Made by a program: the position numbers and the translations under genes
Shown: in pieces, positions 61,008-64,000 of the stretch
How positions within the stretch are numbered: position 1 is the stretch's first letter
Layout: the number at the start of each line of letters is the position of its first letter
Notes under the pieces: generated by a model
What the model was told of the DNA's origin: nothing
Database searches by the model: none
Seen by the model: only the letters and a program-made list of their open reading frames with translations
Assembly (NCBI GenBank): GCA_965219415.1
Contig: CBDCNP010000002.1
Location: 2,304,001-2,368,000, forward strand
From: Candidatus Marinacidobacterales bacterium
GTDB lineage: Bacteria; Acidobacteriota; Vicinamibacteria; Marinacidobacterales; DATDRI01
Length of the DNA: 64,000 bases
Direction of reading: 5' to 3'

Positions 61008-61982
61008 TCAGTTGTCATTTTTGATCTGCCGAGTGACCATCTTGGCGATCTGAATGTCCTGGATTGCGACTCCGGTCAGATCCGCCACCGTGATTTGGTC
61101 TTCGCTGGTTCGACCGATTTCGGGGTTCTTGATCACGTTGCCCAATTCAAGAATAGAAGCCTCTTCGATCTTGTTATCTTTCACCGCATGGAAGCACTCG
61201 CCGTGATCGACACATTGTGAAACGCTGTCCGCCACCACTCGATCGGCCTTTGCCAGGAGCTCGGCCTCCAGCTCCTCTTTGCCGTCTGCATCCGATCCCA
61301 TGGCGGTGATGTGCGTTCCCTTTTGGACCTGATCGGCCCGAATCAAAGGCTCCTTAGCCGATGTTGCGGTTACGATGAGGTTGCATTGCGAAAGCAGGTC
61401 ATCGATTTGCGTTGCCGCTCTTAGGTCCAGCCCCCAAGCCTGGATAGCTTCTCTCGCCTGTAGATCCTCAATCATTCCTTTCACTTTGTTCGCGTCTCTG
61501 CCCCATATGAAACAGCTTTGACAGTCAACAACATCCTTCAACAGTTCGAGTTGCATCCTCGCCTGCACGCCGGTGCCGACGATCCCTATGTGTTGGACGT
61601 TGTCGGGAGCCAGATGCTTCGCGGCTACCGCCCCGGCCGCTGCGGTGCGCATATCGGTGAGCCAGCACTCGTCGTGGAGAATAAGTTTGAGGTGCCCCGT
61701 CTTCTGACTGAATACCAGAATCACTCCGTCGGCAACCGGTAAATCCAGTTCGGCATTGTTGTAAAAGCCGGATGCCATCTTGAGAACATATAACTCATCG
61801 CCGGTTACGAAGCCGTATTTAATATGAACGTCACCTGGCGGTTCATCGAAATGTAAGAAACCTACAGGCGGAACGACCACCTTATCTTCGGAATAGAGAA
61901 CGAAACCGGCTTCGATCTCCCTGATGAGCTGCGGGATATCGATCAAACGCTTGATCTCATCGAGTTTGAGTACTTTAGGCAT
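61008..61982 (-). CDS. Ornithine cyclodeaminase / mu-crystallin family protein 2
   Basis: GDVHIKYG, LTDMRTAAAG, GTGVQA, AMGSD and DLTGVAIQD motifs. AGGAGG RBS before ATG 61982. Confidence 0.92.
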   Translation of the reverse strand: MPKVLKLDEIKRLIDIPQLIREIEAGFVLYSEDKVVVPPVGFLHFDEPPGDVHIKYGFVTGDELYVLKMASGFYNNAELDLPVADGVILVFSQKTGHLKLILHDECWLTDMRTAAAGAVAAKHLAPDNVQHIGIVGTGVQARMQLELLKDVVDCQSCFIWGRDANKVKGMIEDLQAREAIQAWGLDLRAATQIDDLLSQCNLIVTATSAKEPLIRADQVQKGTHITAMGSDADGKEELEAELLAKADRVVADSVSQCVDHGECFHAVKDNKIEEASILELGNVIKNPEIGRTSEDQITVADLTGVAIQDIQIAKMVTRQIKNDN

Positions 61983-61999
61983 TGTCGAAACCCTCCTTT

Positions 62000-62410
62000 T
62001 TAGCCTCGGTTGTCGCCGCTGAGACCGCTGTAGACTGAAATGATCACGCCTGCGATCAGCATCTTTCCGCCCCAGTCGCCGAACACGTCGGTCGCAACCG
62101 CCACCAGCGGTGCTTCGGTGTTGTTTGCAAGCTCGGGCCCGTTGAACGCATAAAATAGAAGGATCGTACTCGCACCGATGCTTGCAGCGGAGGGCCACTC
62201 GGGAATGGCGAGGTTCTCGACGTTTGTCACAAATAGCCCGGCGCCCAGCAGTAACAGTAGCGGCACCAGCTTGGCCAGCGTGTTGAAAATGTATAAACGC
62301 ATTCCCGCTTTGACGCCCCGGACGTTGACAGCAGCCAGGAACGTCAACAACGCTATGACACCGGTTCCAATCACGCGTACCAGTCCTTCGTCTTGCACGC
62401 TATCCGACAC
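62000..62410 (-). pseudogene. APC amino acid permease remnant with internal deletions
   Basis: VNVRGVK.G..NTLAKLVPL and FYAFNG|PELANNTEAPL. Only about 136 aa of a ~430-aa family. Confidence 0.8.
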
Positions 62411-62481
62411 GGCTATGAATTACCCCTTGTTGCTCTTAATTGTCGGCAGACTTTGTATCGCGTCAACGTTCTACAGGCGTT

Positions 62482-63594
62482 CTACAGGCGATCGCGCGCG
62501 GTGTGCAAATAATAATCGACCACCTCGCCAGCGGTATCAATCACGTGGATGCCCGGGTAGCGGATCGTTGTGGGACAAATGTGACCCGGCACCGCCAGGA
62601 AATAGTCGCCCACACGAGGCAGTTCACCCGAGATCCGGAAGACTCCATGCTCTTCGTCCTGCAATATGAGTTGCGCCCCGTCCTGGCCAAGCAAGTAAGC
62701 CCTTTCCTCGACCGGAAGATCTCCACTGATTCCCTTGTATCCCAGGTCCGTGGTGATCGTCCCCGCGTCCGGATACCGGTCCACCACTTGGGTCAGGATC
62801 AGGGCAGCGCAGCGAAACGGAATGTCGGGCATCGCCGTACTAAAGCCCGCGTCCCAGTAGATAAATGTCCCCGGTGAACCGTACATGCCCTCGGTGCGCG
62901 CGTAGTAGGCAAACGAAAAGCTGCCGCCGGCGACCACGCACGGAACGGGCATCCCCGCCGACTCGATCTGCTGCTGAAACTCCCGAAGCGACTCGATGTT
63001 TCGCTGCGCTGCCGCCTCGCGTTGAACCGCGTCGCTAAAGTTATCGTGTCCGTCGTACAAGTGAAATCCGGATGGCTGTAAGAACTGGTGTGCGTCGATT
63101 TCCCGATACAACTTTGCGGCATCCGGGCCGAATCCAATTCCCGTACGGTGCATGCCGGCATCCAGATCCAGCATCGCGCGCAGCGACTGTTTTCGGCGTG
63201 CGGCGACGGTGGCCAGCACGTCGAGGTGAAACGGGGTACTGACGATGGTGGCGATCCACGCGTCCGGGTAGGACGAGGTCAGGTCGCAGAGACGCTCGAT
63301 TTTGCGCTCCTGGACCTGAGGGTAGGAGAGAATCGCCTTGCGTGCTCCGGCCTGTAGCACCGTTTCCAGTTCCTTCAACGTGGCGCACTTGAACCCGTCA
63401 ATGCCAGCTTCGACCTGTTTGCGCGCGACCGCCTCCGATTTATGCGTCTTGACGTGGGCGATCAGATTCTGGCCGCCACCCACCATTTCGCAGACACTTC
63501 GAATATTGTGGTCCATCATGTCCTGAAAAAGCAGCATGGTCGGCGTTTCCAACGCGTCCGGGTCGGCGACGCAATAATCCTGGTAGGTGATCAT
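62482..63594 (-). CDS. D-TA / DSD1-family PLP enzyme (alanine racemase fold III; D-threonine aldolase-like)
   Basis: HVKTHK, DAGMHRTG, HLYDGH, DEEHG and PGHICPT motifs. Confidence 0.9.
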   Translation of the reverse strand: MITYQDYCVADPDALETPTMLLFQDMMDHNIRSVCEMVGGGQNLIAHVKTHKSEAVARKQVEAGIDGFKCATLKELETVLQAGARKAILSYPQVQERKIERLCDLTSSYPDAWIATIVSTPFHLDVLATVAARRKQSLRAMLDLDAGMHRTGIGFGPDAAKLYREIDAHQFLQPSGFHLYDGHDNFSDAVQREAAAQRNIESLREFQQQIESAGMPVPCVVAGGSFSFAYYARTEGMYGSPGTFIYWDAGFSTAMPDIPFRCAALILTQVVDRYPDAGTITTDLGYKGISGDLPVEERAYLLGQDGAQLILQDEEHGVFRISGELPRVGDYFLAVPGHICPTTIRYPGIHVIDTAGEVVDYYLHTARDRL

Positions 63595-63605
63595 CGATAC
63601 ATTCC

Positions 63606-63687
63606 TTAAGAGTCGATGTACTGGATTTGACTCATCTGTTGAGCGGCTTCGAAAATCGCGTCCGCCACAGCCAAGTCCTGGATTGCG
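63606..63687 (-). pseudogene. 3' remnant of a second copy of cyclodeaminase 1
   Basis: 82 bp with 5 mismatches to 53163-53244. Encodes AIQDLAVADAIFEAAQQMSQIQYIDS*. Confidence 0.9.
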
Positions 63688-63841
63688 GGGGATAGGGATT
63701 TTGATCGCGGGTGCTCCTCGGACGCCGGTGCGGTTTAACCCCCGTGGCTGCGTCTCCCCTCTTTTGGAAGCTGATATCCATCGGTTCTTTCTCCTCTAGA
63801 ATGCTGAGTCGATTCTAGTATACCCATGCGTACGAGTAAGA

Positions 63842-64000
63842 GAGCTACCCTCAGAAGGTGTGGAAATAAAGTAAAGGCGGAGTAACCTTCCGCGTCACGA
63901 AACACGGCGTGAAGGGGCCAACGGAAGGAGACACCGCCATGAAGGAAAAGACCACAAGACGACGGAGCTCGTCAAGGGTGGCTTGGGAGTCGCTGGAGAA
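63842..64000 (+). mobile_element. Left end of another IS256-family element; transposase starts at 63939 and runs off the window
   Basis: gagctaccctcagaaggtgtggaaataa aligns with the IRL at 58607. GGAG RBS, then MKEKTTRRRSSSRVAWESLE. Confidence 0.65.

Noticed and set aside
1-64000. CRISPR array, tRNA, rRNA, integron attC array, prophage
   Set aside because: No regularly spaced repeats, cloverleafs, integrase, cas or phage structural genes were recognised by eye. Not computationally excluded.

Overview
High-GC bacterial window. The gene types (Oar-like TonB-dependent receptor, Ser/Thr kinase with PD40 propeller, ADOP permease remnant, sulfatase-TPR, CRTAC1/ASPIC-UnbV, VPS10-like hydrolase) suggest an Acidobacteriota genome; this is inference. 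The region is accessory and heavily eroded. It carries two IS5-family copies, two near-identical IS256 copies with 8-bp TSDs, two further IS256-family elements, one IS3, and IS91-like and IS3 remnants. It also has at least 12 frameshifted genes and chains of unrelated gene fragments fused without any IS at the junction. Intact genes include rlmN, a B12-binding radical SAM protein, Phd-VapC and HicBA toxin-antitoxin pairs, a Fic protein, an M20 peptidase, a GcvT-like + 2x CrtI-like flavoprotein operon, an Ldh_2/threonine dehydratase/SDR block, IclR, two Thr-type sulfatase-TPR proteins, a PD40-amidohydrolase, an S9 peptidase, a YfcC transporter and a cyclodeaminase/DapA-like/D-TA catabolic cluster. 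The most notable sequence-level observations are: (i) a back-to-back double-palindrome insertion that kills the CRTAC1 gene (45090-45131); (ii) one MFS gene hit by three different ISs, each with its TSD intact; (iii) a sigma54 promoter plus four IclR-like boxes upstream of the TonB receptor. No rRNA, tRNA or CRISPR array was seen.
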